From the NCBI RefSeq assembly GCF_003918875.1, contig NW_025767401.1:992001-1056000 (forward strand): a stretch of DNA of 64,000 nucleotides. The letters are read 5' to 3'. Shown here one piece after another: positions 1 to 11,059 of the stretch. The first letter of the stretch is position 1, and every line of letters starts with the position of its first letter. The translations under genes were made by a program, and so were the position numbers. A model generated the notes under the pieces. It searched no databases. It was not told where the DNA came from and saw nothing but the letters and a program-made list of their open reading frames with translations. This DNA comes from Haliotis rubra (lineage: Eukaryota).

Positions 1-711
1 AAGAAACGGAATGCAACGGAGTAGTTTACTGTAGGAGGCTGTACGAGGCGATGACAACTGACATGCATCGTGAGGTCGCTTACATTGTGACGTAATGCAA
101 AATGGTTCGATTACGAGGGTGCAGACTAGAATGGCGCAGTGACGCCAATACATTGTGACGTAATGCAATAAGTGCACATTATCGTCTGATAATGTACTGT
201 CGGCGCCTTTGATCTTTCACCGAAGCATCTTAGAACCCATATTTGAACATGTCATGTCAGTCCCATTGACATCCGCCAATATCCACTTCCAATAAAATAA
301 ACATCCTGTGCTGCTTCAGCAAGAACGGATAAAGGTTAATGGGGGAGCCACGATAGGATAAAGAAATGAATTCAAAAGACTGTCACATCACACGCTAAGG
401 GTAATTAGTAACCTCAACAATTAGTAAATTAAGCACACCATTGTCTAAAACCGAAATCAAAATCCTATCAAAATCTTCCAACATTCACATTTTCAACTAA
501 AATATCTATTAAAACATACCACAAATCTAAATCATTGACAGAGAGATAACCAAATTACAAACTGGTCAAACAAAAGTAAATTCCCATCTACACAAAACAA
601 ACCAAAACAACACCAAACAGACAAATGCACACACTGCTACGAAACAGAAACGCCAAACTCGTGCCACTATACTGCATACACTACCAACAACACGGAATGG
701 TGCTCCAGAGT

Positions 712-828
712 TCCAGGGCCCAGATTTTCGAAGCTCTCTTAGCGCTAAGAAAGTCGTAAGTGTCATACATTAACATTAACTTACGACTATCTTAGCGCTA
801 AGAGGGCTTCGAAAATCTGGGCCCTGGA
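712..828. mobile_element. MITE-like near-perfect palindrome (about 117 bp)
   Basis: tccagggcccagattttcgaagctctcttagcgctaag... is the reverse complement of ...cttagcgctaagagggcttcgaaaatctgggccctgga, with a short AT-rich loop and no coding capacity. Confidence 0.7.
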
Positions 829-2063
829 CACTAACACACACCTAACACTACAAACACTTTTAAGCCCAATAAATAAGAATGAATCCTTCAAAGCCTCAGG
901 TATATTTTTTATGAAAACTGGTCTTCTAGGTCGCTTTTAATCCCACATAACCAATCAGTTCTAATGTAATAAACCATACAAAAACAAAACATAAAAACAA
1001 AACAAATACCAACCAAACCATTATGTAGTTCATCCTCCCTACAACTTCTCGCAAATTTCCTTATTCAAAATTCACACAAACTTATATTATGCACCAATAA
1101 GGCCTCGTTCAGGTTGCCATATCTTTCGGTCAAATCGTCCTATTTTCGATATAACACTGAATGGCCTGGCGGGCCCGTGTTTGAAATGCGCATTTTGTCG
1201 GCAAATGCACGTTAAATCCCCAAAGCATCAATCATCATATACCACTTAAATCTAAAACTATTGACAGGGTGATAACCAAATTACAAACAGGCCACACGAA
1301 ATTCCCACCAGCAATACACTAACACCAAAACCGACAGCAGCTAAAGGAATACAGAAGCTGAAACTAAAGGTCTGCTCTGGTTTCAGTGAGGCTATAATTT
1401 GTGAATCCCACTTAATCTGTAATCATTCAATACACATACAAGTGGAGAACATTCCTCCATATCCCTACAGGGGCGGTGGGGTAGTCTAGCCTAGCTTAGA
1501 ATAATTCTCACTCATTTTGATTAATATCTGCTATATAGTGAGGTTTTGGGTGACAGTCCAGAACTGCAAGTACGTATATTTTAACCTTTGTGTTACAGAT
1601 TTAATAATACATTTAGAAACTAATACAATCAAGTTAACCAAATACAAATCCACATGTTGCAAGTAAATTTCTCACATTTGTTACCCAATTTATATTACCA
1701 TTTCTATCATACATACACATCATATTGTAACAATCGTGACTGTGACATATTTGCTTATCTTTGCGTTAATGCTTCAATATAAAATGGATAACGTCCACAT
1801 TCTCCATGTACCATACAATTAGAAGTGCCGACCTTAACTCCTAAAAATCTGTTACAAGCATAAAGATGAACCCTTTTTAAAACATTAATAAACATTTTAA
1901 TATTCCTACATAAATGATAAATGCGCTGATAACAGTATAACATGTTTTGCAACATATTTTCAGCCAGCGGCTGGAGGGATGCCTCGTTGAAATTCATAGA
2001 TTCACACCAAGTCGACTGGCTAACCACTCGTCAGTTGCCTCTCACGACAAATGAAATCTGACA

Positions 2064-2348
2064 TTACAACAAATTGTTCCTCATAGGCCACGCCACAGAA
2101 AATTTCGTTACTGTGGATCCTGCGCTATGATATGGTGAGTTGTCCATAACAAATAAACCTTTTGGGGGAAGTGCTGGTACCAGATATTTTTTCACCCAAT
2201 TTAGGAAAACTCCTCTATTCATTTCAGTGTGGTAATCTCTGTTGTCTTTGGATTTCGCCTTGAACACGAGTGAACAATCAGTCAGAAACCCCACACGTTT
2301 ACAACCTGCGTGTGACACAATGAGTAGCTCATCCTTGTCCAATGGCAT
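2064..2348 (-). pseudogene. Relic of a Sailor/ITm-type DDE transposase
   Basis: Peptide LIVSHAGC..GFLTDCSLVFKAKSKDNRDYHTEMN..VFLNWVKKYLVPALP....VMDNSPYHS aligns colinearly with the transposase at 6126-6797 (LIILHAGC..GFLPGSDLVFRAKSTDNRDYHSEMN..VFLDWVKNKLVPALP....VMDNALYHS). Truncated on both sides. Confidence 0.85.
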
Positions 2349-3070
2349 TTTCCTGTTACATGGTTCTGTAGAGGAGCTATATACTCACTATGCGGTTAAG
2401 TGTGGCTGGCGTTCACCACAGATTCATCCGTACTCTGGCAAAACTGTGTACAGAAAGTTGAAAATGAAATAGAGAATCAGTACTGGATATATAGTTGTTC
2501 AGATTATGCCACCTTTTAACCAATCATCATAAATGTACAGTCTGCGAGAAGTGAACGTCAATCAGGAATTTCCTCAGATTCCAGTCCGGAAGAGTTTTGA
2601 TACAACTCCTGAATGTTGCTTCCCGCCCTTGAGACTGTTCCTGCAACAGTTTACTGTTACTGTTACTGTTACTTTACCCTCGTAAAACCTCACATGGAAA
2701 ATCAAAACAAAATGATGATAGTTTGTTTTTATTTTGGAGGAAAACGCTATGAAACCTTTTTCCAGAGTTGGTCCGATGTTTTCATTACATTCTGCGTTGA
2801 AATGAACGTTTCATCATGAACCGATTTGGGGTTAGATTGTGATTCATCTTTTTGACCCAAACAAGCCATACGCTATATCGTTACAGGCAACGACGCCACA
2901 GTCGAGAACCAGTACGTTGTCCAAGACTATCACCAATTCATACATAGTTGGGGCAAGCTTCACAAACGACCTCTACATCAAAAAGGCCCTAATCAAGCAT
3001 TGAAATACATTCAGGTAATACCGCAGGCTGTGTGTACCAGACTGGGCCAGGTGTTTTCAGCCTTACCACC

Positions 3071-4628
3071 ATGGCAGGTGTTGTGATTAGACGTTTGGTT
3101 GGTCGATCTGAAGTGAAACATGTCGCTGAGCTGGCTAAACAAGAAGGCTGGACAATTTCACTCCCATATCTGCTCAAATGTTTTGATATCGATCACTCAG
3201 CTTGGTGGGTAGCAGAAGAGAAAGATGGAAAGATCGTTGGTGAGTCAATTGTTGTCTCTGTGACGAATTGTGCTAGTTCTTGTTAGTCTTGATTATCAAT
3301 AATAACGCGAGGCCAATTGTTCAATTCCCCCAACAAATCCTGTCTGTGAAGCTCATTTGGTGCCCTGGATATTGGTGAAATATTAGTATAACTACAGTCA
3401 CATCACACTTTCTTGCAATTGCATGTATCACTGCAGTGTGTTTATGTCTGTATTGTGTAAGCCTTAAAACAGTTAATATAAAACCAGTCTATATGCATTT
3501 AGCAAAGATTGTGTTAGTCTATTCATCTGAAGCTGTTGTAAAGAAACTTAGGTAGGTGCTTGATATGCTTCAGGGATAAATATGTTTCTGGTTTGTACAA
3601 TATCTCCATTTATCGTTATCATGTTATAGATACTGGTATTTACTGTACAGGGTTGCATCCCATAGCCAAACCAGGATCGTTGTGATTGTGATGCTTAGTT
3701 TGAAAGCGCCATTCTTGAGTTGTAATCACCATCCGTATGCTCGTCGGTTTCACTGAGCTGTTGTAATCGTCTGAGGTCTACATCATCTTCCCCCACCACC
3801 AGACTGATGCCTTGTGATATAAGTATCACATTGTCCAAGGTGACGTTAAACCAAGCTCGCTCAATCACTGAATCACTAACATAATTGCAAATATAACACG
3901 TTAAAGTTTTGTTTCACGTCCTAGGTAGCGCCAAAACGTTCTCCCAAGAGGACAACACAACCTATCATGCTGGAATGTATATTCTTGATGAGAGATACAG
4001 AGGTCAAGGGATCGGTGGGAAACTGAGAAGTGCAGTATTAACAGGAGTCCAAGAGAAAAATGTCTTTGTCACCGCACTTAAACCTGAGCGAAATCTTCAC
4101 GTTTTCAAGCCTTTAAAAGAAATTCACAGCCTGATGATGACAAAATCCAACCAAAAGCTGTCGCCATTATCGAGGACTGAATTCCGCATTCTTCCATTAG
4201 CTGACGTCCCCTTGGAACTAGTGGAGAAATACGATGCACAGACATATCCAATAAAGAGAACAACAATCTTTCACAGATGCATCATTGGTGAAGCAGCCTG
4301 TGTCCTCGTTGCAGTGGAATCCAGTTCTGGAGACGTCATTGGTTATGCAGCTCTTAAAGAAACCTGGAAAGGGTGGGAGTTCTGTCCAACGTATGCAGAT
4401 ACTGAGGAGGTGGGATACGAACTTATCAGAAAGATGCTTGACCATGTTCCTGAGGGAGCTGATATTGAAGTGAATCCTTTCACTGAAAATCAGGCGGCGA
4501 TTGACTTGTACAATGAAATTGGATTTTCATTCCAATACACTCTTACAGTGATGTACTCAAAAAAGCCCCTGATTATTCCAACAAAAAAGGTTTATTCTAC
4601 AGCAGGATTTGATTATTCGCCGATGTAG
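3071..4628 (+). CDS. Two-exon GNAT N-acetyltransferase with a C-terminal YitH/HolE-type second GNAT-like domain (about 290 aa)
   Basis: Exon 1 is 3071-3239 (ATG in accATGg context, donor gtgagt). Exon 2 is 3925-4628 (acceptor ctag). The phase-1 join gives KIVG-SAK. It has the acetyl-CoA motif YILDERYRGQGIG, an N-terminal EGW motif and a C-terminal CPTYAD / NQAAIDLY segment typical of the YitH-like tandem GNAT family. Confidence 0.85.
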
Positions 4629-5412
4629 ACAATTCAAATTCAAGTCACTGGTATGAAGGCAAATCCAAATATTTAGTGAGACGGTCAGAACAAATTTTCA
4701 GATCAGTTTATTTGATTAAGTGAAAGTGAAAATGTAGATTATATGGTAAATTAAATTAAGCTTTGAAATAGTAAATATATTTCATTAGTTTAAACAATAT
4801 AAGACTCCATCTTCCCTCAGGCAAACGTATGTTTTTTTTAAATACACAGGAAGTCGTATCGGGAGGAATGTTCAAGTCTCCTTTTTTGAAAATTCATCGA
4901 GTATATGTATGTATCAGTTCCATCTCATCGGCTTCATGGCGCTGTTTATTGTTTCAGGATAAAGGTAATAAGCGGAGACAATACGAAATTGTTGGAAGAT
5001 AACACCATGACAATTCTCCCATTACGCCATCTGTTGTTTTCGAAAGGTTGTTGTGCTGTTCATGTAATCATTGTTCAGTTGAACTGGATGTCATAGCCAC
5101 ATCTACCTGTGACGGGTTCTTTCTTTCTTTTCCTTTGTTGATTAACGTCAGGACTCAGTAATATCCCGTCATGTTATGGTAGTTTTATTGTGGATCTACC
5201 TGTCGAAATCACACGACATAGATGTACACGATAGATGGCCTTGTAATGTTAGTTCTAATCAATGGTCAAGTAAGACTGAAAATTAGGGTTCAAATCCCCT
5301 TATTGGCCCAGTGTGTGAAGTGAAGTTGGTGCTCTAGCTCTTGGTGGAATGTTGCTCTATCTCACTTAGTAATATCATAGTTTGTTGTCTCGGCATGTGC
5401 CATAGCAGCGTA

Positions 5413-7255
5413 CAGTCCGTTTGAGTCAGAAACGGACCGATGAATTGCAAATTTTATCATTGGACAAAATTGCCACATAAAGATAAATAGTACACATGTT
5501 TATCATTTACTAATACAGCTTTCTTATGTTTGAAAAAATGACTCCACCAAAAAAGTTGTTTAAGAAACTATCATTGAAAACGCAAAAGTTGTTATCTATC
5601 GCGGTGGGGTGAAACCGCAGAAACGGAACAGCCACTATCTCGTCGTGCACGGGATACACCTGCATGATGAAAAATGAAGTTGAACGATGACGTGAAACAG
5701 TTGATGATTAAAGTGTACGATGTTTTCCGTGCTGAAGCCGTAAGGGGCAAACCATTTTATGCCATTAATAAATTCCGTAAGCGGGCAGCAAAAGCTTTAG
5801 GAGTATCAGCATGGGTACTGACAAATGTTCTGGAACACAAACATTGTGAGGGTGATGCGAAGCAGGTAGGGGTCGTGTCAAAATCACACAAATTAAAACA
5901 TTGGACAACTTTCAAAAGAACCTTGTAAGACAGTCTATCAACAAGCTCTATTCTGAAAACAAATACATGTTGCTGAAAATTTTTAAAAAGCATTTGAAGC
6001 AAGAACACAACCTCAGAGTATCAAAGTACACACTCTGGCGACTCTTACACTCTTTCGGGTATCGTTAGAAGAAAATTTCGGGGGAGAATAGGTCAGTACT
6101 CTGTGAACGCCCTGATATCGTTCGTTTGAGAAATAATTTTCTCAGGGTTATAAAGAAGAAGCGCGAGGAAGGGTTCGAGCCAGTGTACTTGGACGAGACC
6201 TGGGTCAATACCTCGCACACTGCCAGCAGTCAGTGGGTACCAGATGGGGATGATAAGGGGTCACGTAGAAAGCTGCCTCTAGGGAAAGGAGAGAGACTTA
6301 TCATTCTCCACGCTGGTTGCTCCAGCAAAGGCTTTCTCCCAGGCTCCGACTTGGTATTCAGGGCAAAGTCCACAGATAACAGAGACTATCATTCTGAGAT
6401 GAATGGTGCGGTTTTCCTCGATTGGGTTAAAAACAAGTTGGTACCAGCTCTACCAGAGAAGACTTTTATCGTAATGGACAATGCCCTATACCACAGCGTG
6501 CAGGACCCCGACAGTAAAGCCCCGACATCGAACAGTCGAAAAGATTATATAATATCATGGCTCGACAAATTTCAGATCGCACGGCCTTCAAAGGCAACGA
6601 AGCCTCAGCTATATGAGATCATAAAAACCCACAAAGGTGAACCTTTCTACAAAGTTGACAGTTACATAAAAAGTAAGGGTCACGATATTCTGCGACTTCC
6701 ACCCTATCACTGTGACCTTAACCCCATTGAAATGATATGGGGTATTGTCAAGGAGATGTTGCCAGATCAAACACAACTTTTAGATTACGTGACGTAGAGG
6801 CTTTGGTTAAGGAATCCCTTAACAAAATCACGACTGAAACTTGGCAAAACTGTGTCAACAAGGTAGCTAACGTCATTGAACAAGGTTACTGGTCTCGGGA
6901 TGGCTTACAACAGGCAACTGTGGCACCACTTGTCATCCCTTTAAGTCGTGACTATGACACTACGACGGACGAGGAACCGACAGGTCTCCCGGAATAGATT
7001 TTGAGATGTCCCCCGCCATGACTGGCTGTTCCGTTTCTGCAATTTCACCCCGCCGCGACAGATAACAACTTTTGCGTTTTCAATGATGATAGTTTCTTAA
7101 ACAACTGTTTTGGTGGTGTCCGGAAAATTTTCAAATATAAGAAAGCTGTTGGGTATTAGTAAATGATAAACATGTGTACTATTTATATTTATGTGGCAAT
7201 TTGTACAATGATTAAATTTGCAATTCATCGGTCCGTTTCTGACTCAAACGGACTG
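5413..7255 (+). mobile_element. IS630-Tc1-mariner DNA transposon, Sailor-like (DD83E), full length but inactivated
   Basis: TA target duplication at 5411-12 and 7256-57. TIRs of about 220-230 bp (5413-5634 and 7023-7255) begin cagtccgtttgagtcagaaacggaccgatgaattgc. Transposase fragments at 5674-6997 carry LDETW (D at 6192), VMDN (D at 6477) and LPPYHCDLNPIE (E at 6729). Frameshifts and stops fall near 5900-6070 and 6750. Confidence 0.93.
5674..6997 (+). pseudogene. DDE transposase pseudogene
   Basis: ORF pieces 5674-5928, 6126-6797 and 6737-6997 form one protein (HTH-like N terminus, DDE core, C-terminal ..ITTETWQNCV..) broken by frameshifts and stops. Confidence 0.9.
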
Positions 7256-8659
7256 TAGTTATGTCTGTATTGTATAAACCTATTAATTAACAGCAATTTT
7301 ATGCTCCAGCTGAACAACCGGTACTGCGTAAAATGAATGTTCAGTGTGCATTTGAACATGAATGAAAAGATCATTACACCCTTTAACCGGTTCCTGGAGT
7401 AAAAACATGTTTAAATACCCATTTAATAAATTTCCAGTGATGTGCAAAGTGAACTTATTCATCCGTTACAATTTATTTGTGCAAATGGACATAATTCATG
7501 TTTTGATCGGCGAATTGAAATGTGCCTTCAACAATGAATTCTCGTTCAATTTCAATTCAGCTGAGGCTGCAACTTGTAAGAATTACTGTTGGGCTTAATT
7601 GGCTTCATTACCTAGTGAATTAATACGCTCATGGTACGATATGTATCTCCATTTATGGAAATCACATGATATATATGTGGACAGCCAGGCCGACCCTTAT
7701 GCAAGGTCGAACGGCTAACCAAGTGGTCTAAGATACATATCAGAATATAAGGATCATTACTTTCTTTATTTACACTATTGAAAAGAAAGTAGGGGATATT
7801 CCATTTGGGGTGACATTATCTATGAACCAAGTTTGTATATGGATTTAGGCAGTAATTGTTTAATTGCAATATGTTAATATGGATTTAGTGCAAACACGCA
7901 AATTTTGTGCAGGCATTTCTATGATATGCACGTGAACATAATGGGGGTAAAATGTACAGTGTAATTAGCTGACGACAATCACGATATCGACAGTCAAATA
8001 ACATTGATCGTCCAAGGGCGATACTTGGCGCACAAGACCGTTTTATCAGAACGACTTAAGTAACTATGGTCACAATCTCAATTGGAGAGGAGCTCCACAG
8101 AGCCCCATGTGTCAAAGTGTGTGGAACCGGCATGCTTGACGTCCGCGTGGTAGCGTCTTTTGAGGAACTGTTACGTTACTGCAAGACGTCGTTGTTGTCC
8201 AGAGAGTGAGAGAATTAACATTTGACGTAACATCGGCAGTATTTCAGACATATCGTGACTAGAAATGTTACATGTAAATATACATAACAAATCCATGTAG
8301 ATAATATAAATCCTGTCATCAAAGGACAGTAAAATAACTAGAATATCACAGATATATATCAAAGATCATATTTATAACGAATACAAAAACTACTATATGT
8401 ATAATTAAGGCATTTTGTACTATACCTAACATGCATGGGAACGTAGTATAGAATATCTGGTACGGTAGCTACTGTGGGCGATACTTGTTAATAGGATAAC
8501 CTATTAGATTTCATGAATTTTTAAATCTGTATAAATCGATGGACATACATGAGCTATTTTATTCTTCGGATAGATGTAGAGAATAGAAACCGGCCCTTTG
8601 ACATGAGGAACGAACATTTTAACCACAAGGCTACACCACGACCCCATTCATATACATGA

Positions 8660-9835
8660 AAATAATGTTGCCATGTACTAGAAGAGAATATTGGTGAGTA
8701 CATGAGATCTGCCTGACATTCAGTAAAATAATGTTGCCATGTACTAGAAGAGAATATTGGTGAGGACATGAGATCTGCCTGACATTCAGTAAAATAATGT
8801 TGCCATGTACTAGAAGAGAATAGAGTACATGAGATCTGCCTGACATTCAGTAAAATAATGTTGCCATGTACTAGAAGAGAATAGAGTACATGAGATCTGC
8901 CTGACATTCAGTAAAATAATGTTGCCATGTACTAGAAGAGAATATTGGTGAGGACATGAGATCTGCCTGACATTCAGTAAAATAATGTTGCCATGTACTA
9001 GAAGAGAATAGAGTACATGAGATCTGCCTGACATTCAGTAAAATAATGTTGCCATGTACTAGAAGAGAATAGAGTACATGCGATCTGCCTGACATTCAGT
9101 AAAATAATGTTGCCATGTACTAGAAGAGAATAGAGTACATGAGATCTGCCTGACATTCAGTAAAATAATGTTGCCATGTACTAGAAGAGATTATTGGTGA
9201 GTACATGAGATCTGCCTGACATTCAGTAAAATAATGTTGCCATGTACTAGAAGAGAATATTGGTGAGGACATGAGATCTGCCTGACATTCAGTAAAATAA
9301 TGTTGCCATGTACTAGAAGAGAATAGAGTACATGAGATCTGCCTGACATTCAGTAAAATAATGTTGCCATGTACTAGAAGAGAATAGAGTACATGAGATC
9401 TGCCTGACATTCAGTAAAATAATGTTGCCATGTACTAGAAGAGAATAGAGTACATGAGATCTGCCTGACATTCAGTAAAATAATGTTGCCATGTACTAGA
9501 AGAGAATATTGGTGAGGACATGAGATCTGCCTGACATTCAGTAAAATAATGTTGCCATGTACTAGAAGAGATTATTGGTGAGTACATGAGATCTGCCTGA
9601 CATTCAGTAAAATAATGTTGCCATGTACTAGAAGAGAATATTGATGAGGACATGAGATCTGCCTGACATTCAGTAAAATAATGTTGCCATGTACAGTAAA
9701 ATAATGTTAGAAGAGAATTCATGAGATCTGCCTGAGTTCATGAGATCTGCCTGACATTCAGTAAAATAATGTTGCCATGTACTAGAAGAGATTATTGTTG
9801 AGTACATGCGATCTGCCTGACATTCAGTAAAATCA
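8660..9835. repeat. Minisatellite with 61-bp and 66-bp unit variants, about 18 copies
   Basis: Unit aaaataatgttgccatgtactagaagagaata(gag|ttggtgag)(t/g)acatgagatctgcctgacattcagt. The ORF-track offsets of 61 and 127 nt confirm the periods. Confidence 0.95.
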
Positions 9836-10400
9836 ATTGTAATAACTGAAGCGAATTAGGCGTGGTGACTATTATTGAACAGTGAACAATATTACACTTC
9901 ACGTATGGAACAGCAATTATGACTTTTAATGAATCTGACAATGCGGTTATAATGTAAAACATCTGTGTGACAACCGATGTTCGTTTTAAGGCGTGATAGC
10001 GGTAATCTGATCGTGGTTCCTGTAAATACTGTTGAATTGATGCGATCTGCCTATTAATTCGCTCAGTATTTCGACGGAAATAATGTTCGAACCTTAGGTC
10101 AAAATATACAATGAGCACCTTTGTGAGCAGCTCCTGTGATGACAGGACCAACTTGTGGATCGGCATGTTCCTATACCTTGGGGAAATGGATGCGGACTAT
10201 AAACAATACATCACTGAAAACAAGCCTATGTTCGATGTTTTCTTCAAAAAATTATTTGAAAAGCTTATCTACCTTGTCCTCTGTCATCTTCTTGGCGGTC
10301 GTCCTGCCTCTGAAGGACTCCAGAGGCCACTTCTGCCCCCAGGTCCCCTTCTTGGTAGTCCAGGGACTCGGAATCCTTCCGCCAATCCTTTGTCCACCTG

Positions 10401-10508
10401 GGCCTCCTTTCACAAAGCATTAAGATGATCGTAAGTCACTAAGGTAACCTTAGTATAATGTTAAAGAATAGGAGTTAAGGTTAACCTTAGTAAAGGTGAA
10501 AGGAGACC
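10401..10508. mobile_element. PIF/Harbinger-type MITE
   Basis: TIRs ggcctcctttcac / gtgaaaggagacc, flanked by a CTG direct repeat (10398-400, 10509-11). Confidence 0.65.
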
Positions 10509-11059
10509 CTGGTCTGCATACATTTCACGACACCTACAGGTGACGATGGCCTCCTGGGCCCTAAAGAAAAAAATTAAAGAATATCTAAGCTACTGACCGA
10601 TATTGTCAGACATGTATGCAATGATAGTAGTGGCAGCCGTTTCATGTTGTTTATATCATATTGTATATTTCGTACAGAAAACAGGTAAATGGGAATTTTA
10701 AAAGATACATCGCTTCCCAACCTGCCCTTTTGGTAATGTTCAACCATTATGTTCTACCTTTGCGTATGTATTTCTTTGGTATAATATAATCCAAAATACT
10801 AAAATGTAGACAAGTTGCATGTCTTCAACGACTGTTTATTAATATTCAATGCAGTGACAGGAAAACCAGTGTTTGATAGCTTTTCCTGCAACGTAATTTC
10901 TCAACACCCATTGAGCTTTTGAGGAATGTTGTCGACAACAAAGCAGCTGTCTTGTGTCATTAGATTAGACGATGATAAGGAGATAAGTATGAAAGTATGT
11001 GTTGCGACATACAGGGTCATACGTATAGGTGTTTGTGTGCACCTAACAAGAACCCAATA

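Noticed and set aside
81-168. Paired CRE-like sites (tacattgtgacgtaatgcaa x2) as a regulatory element
   Set aside because: No nearby gene start. More likely an internal repeat of an element cut by the window edge.
420-480. Penelope-like RT N-terminal peptide LSTPLSKTEIKILSK
   Set aside because: Too short, and no downstream RT motifs could be read, so it cannot be supported.
8660-9835. CRISPR-like array or repetitive protein ORFs (MSGRSHVLY...)
   Set aside because: The units are contiguous with no unique spacers, there are no cas genes and the context is eukaryotic. The ORFs are by-products of the repeat.
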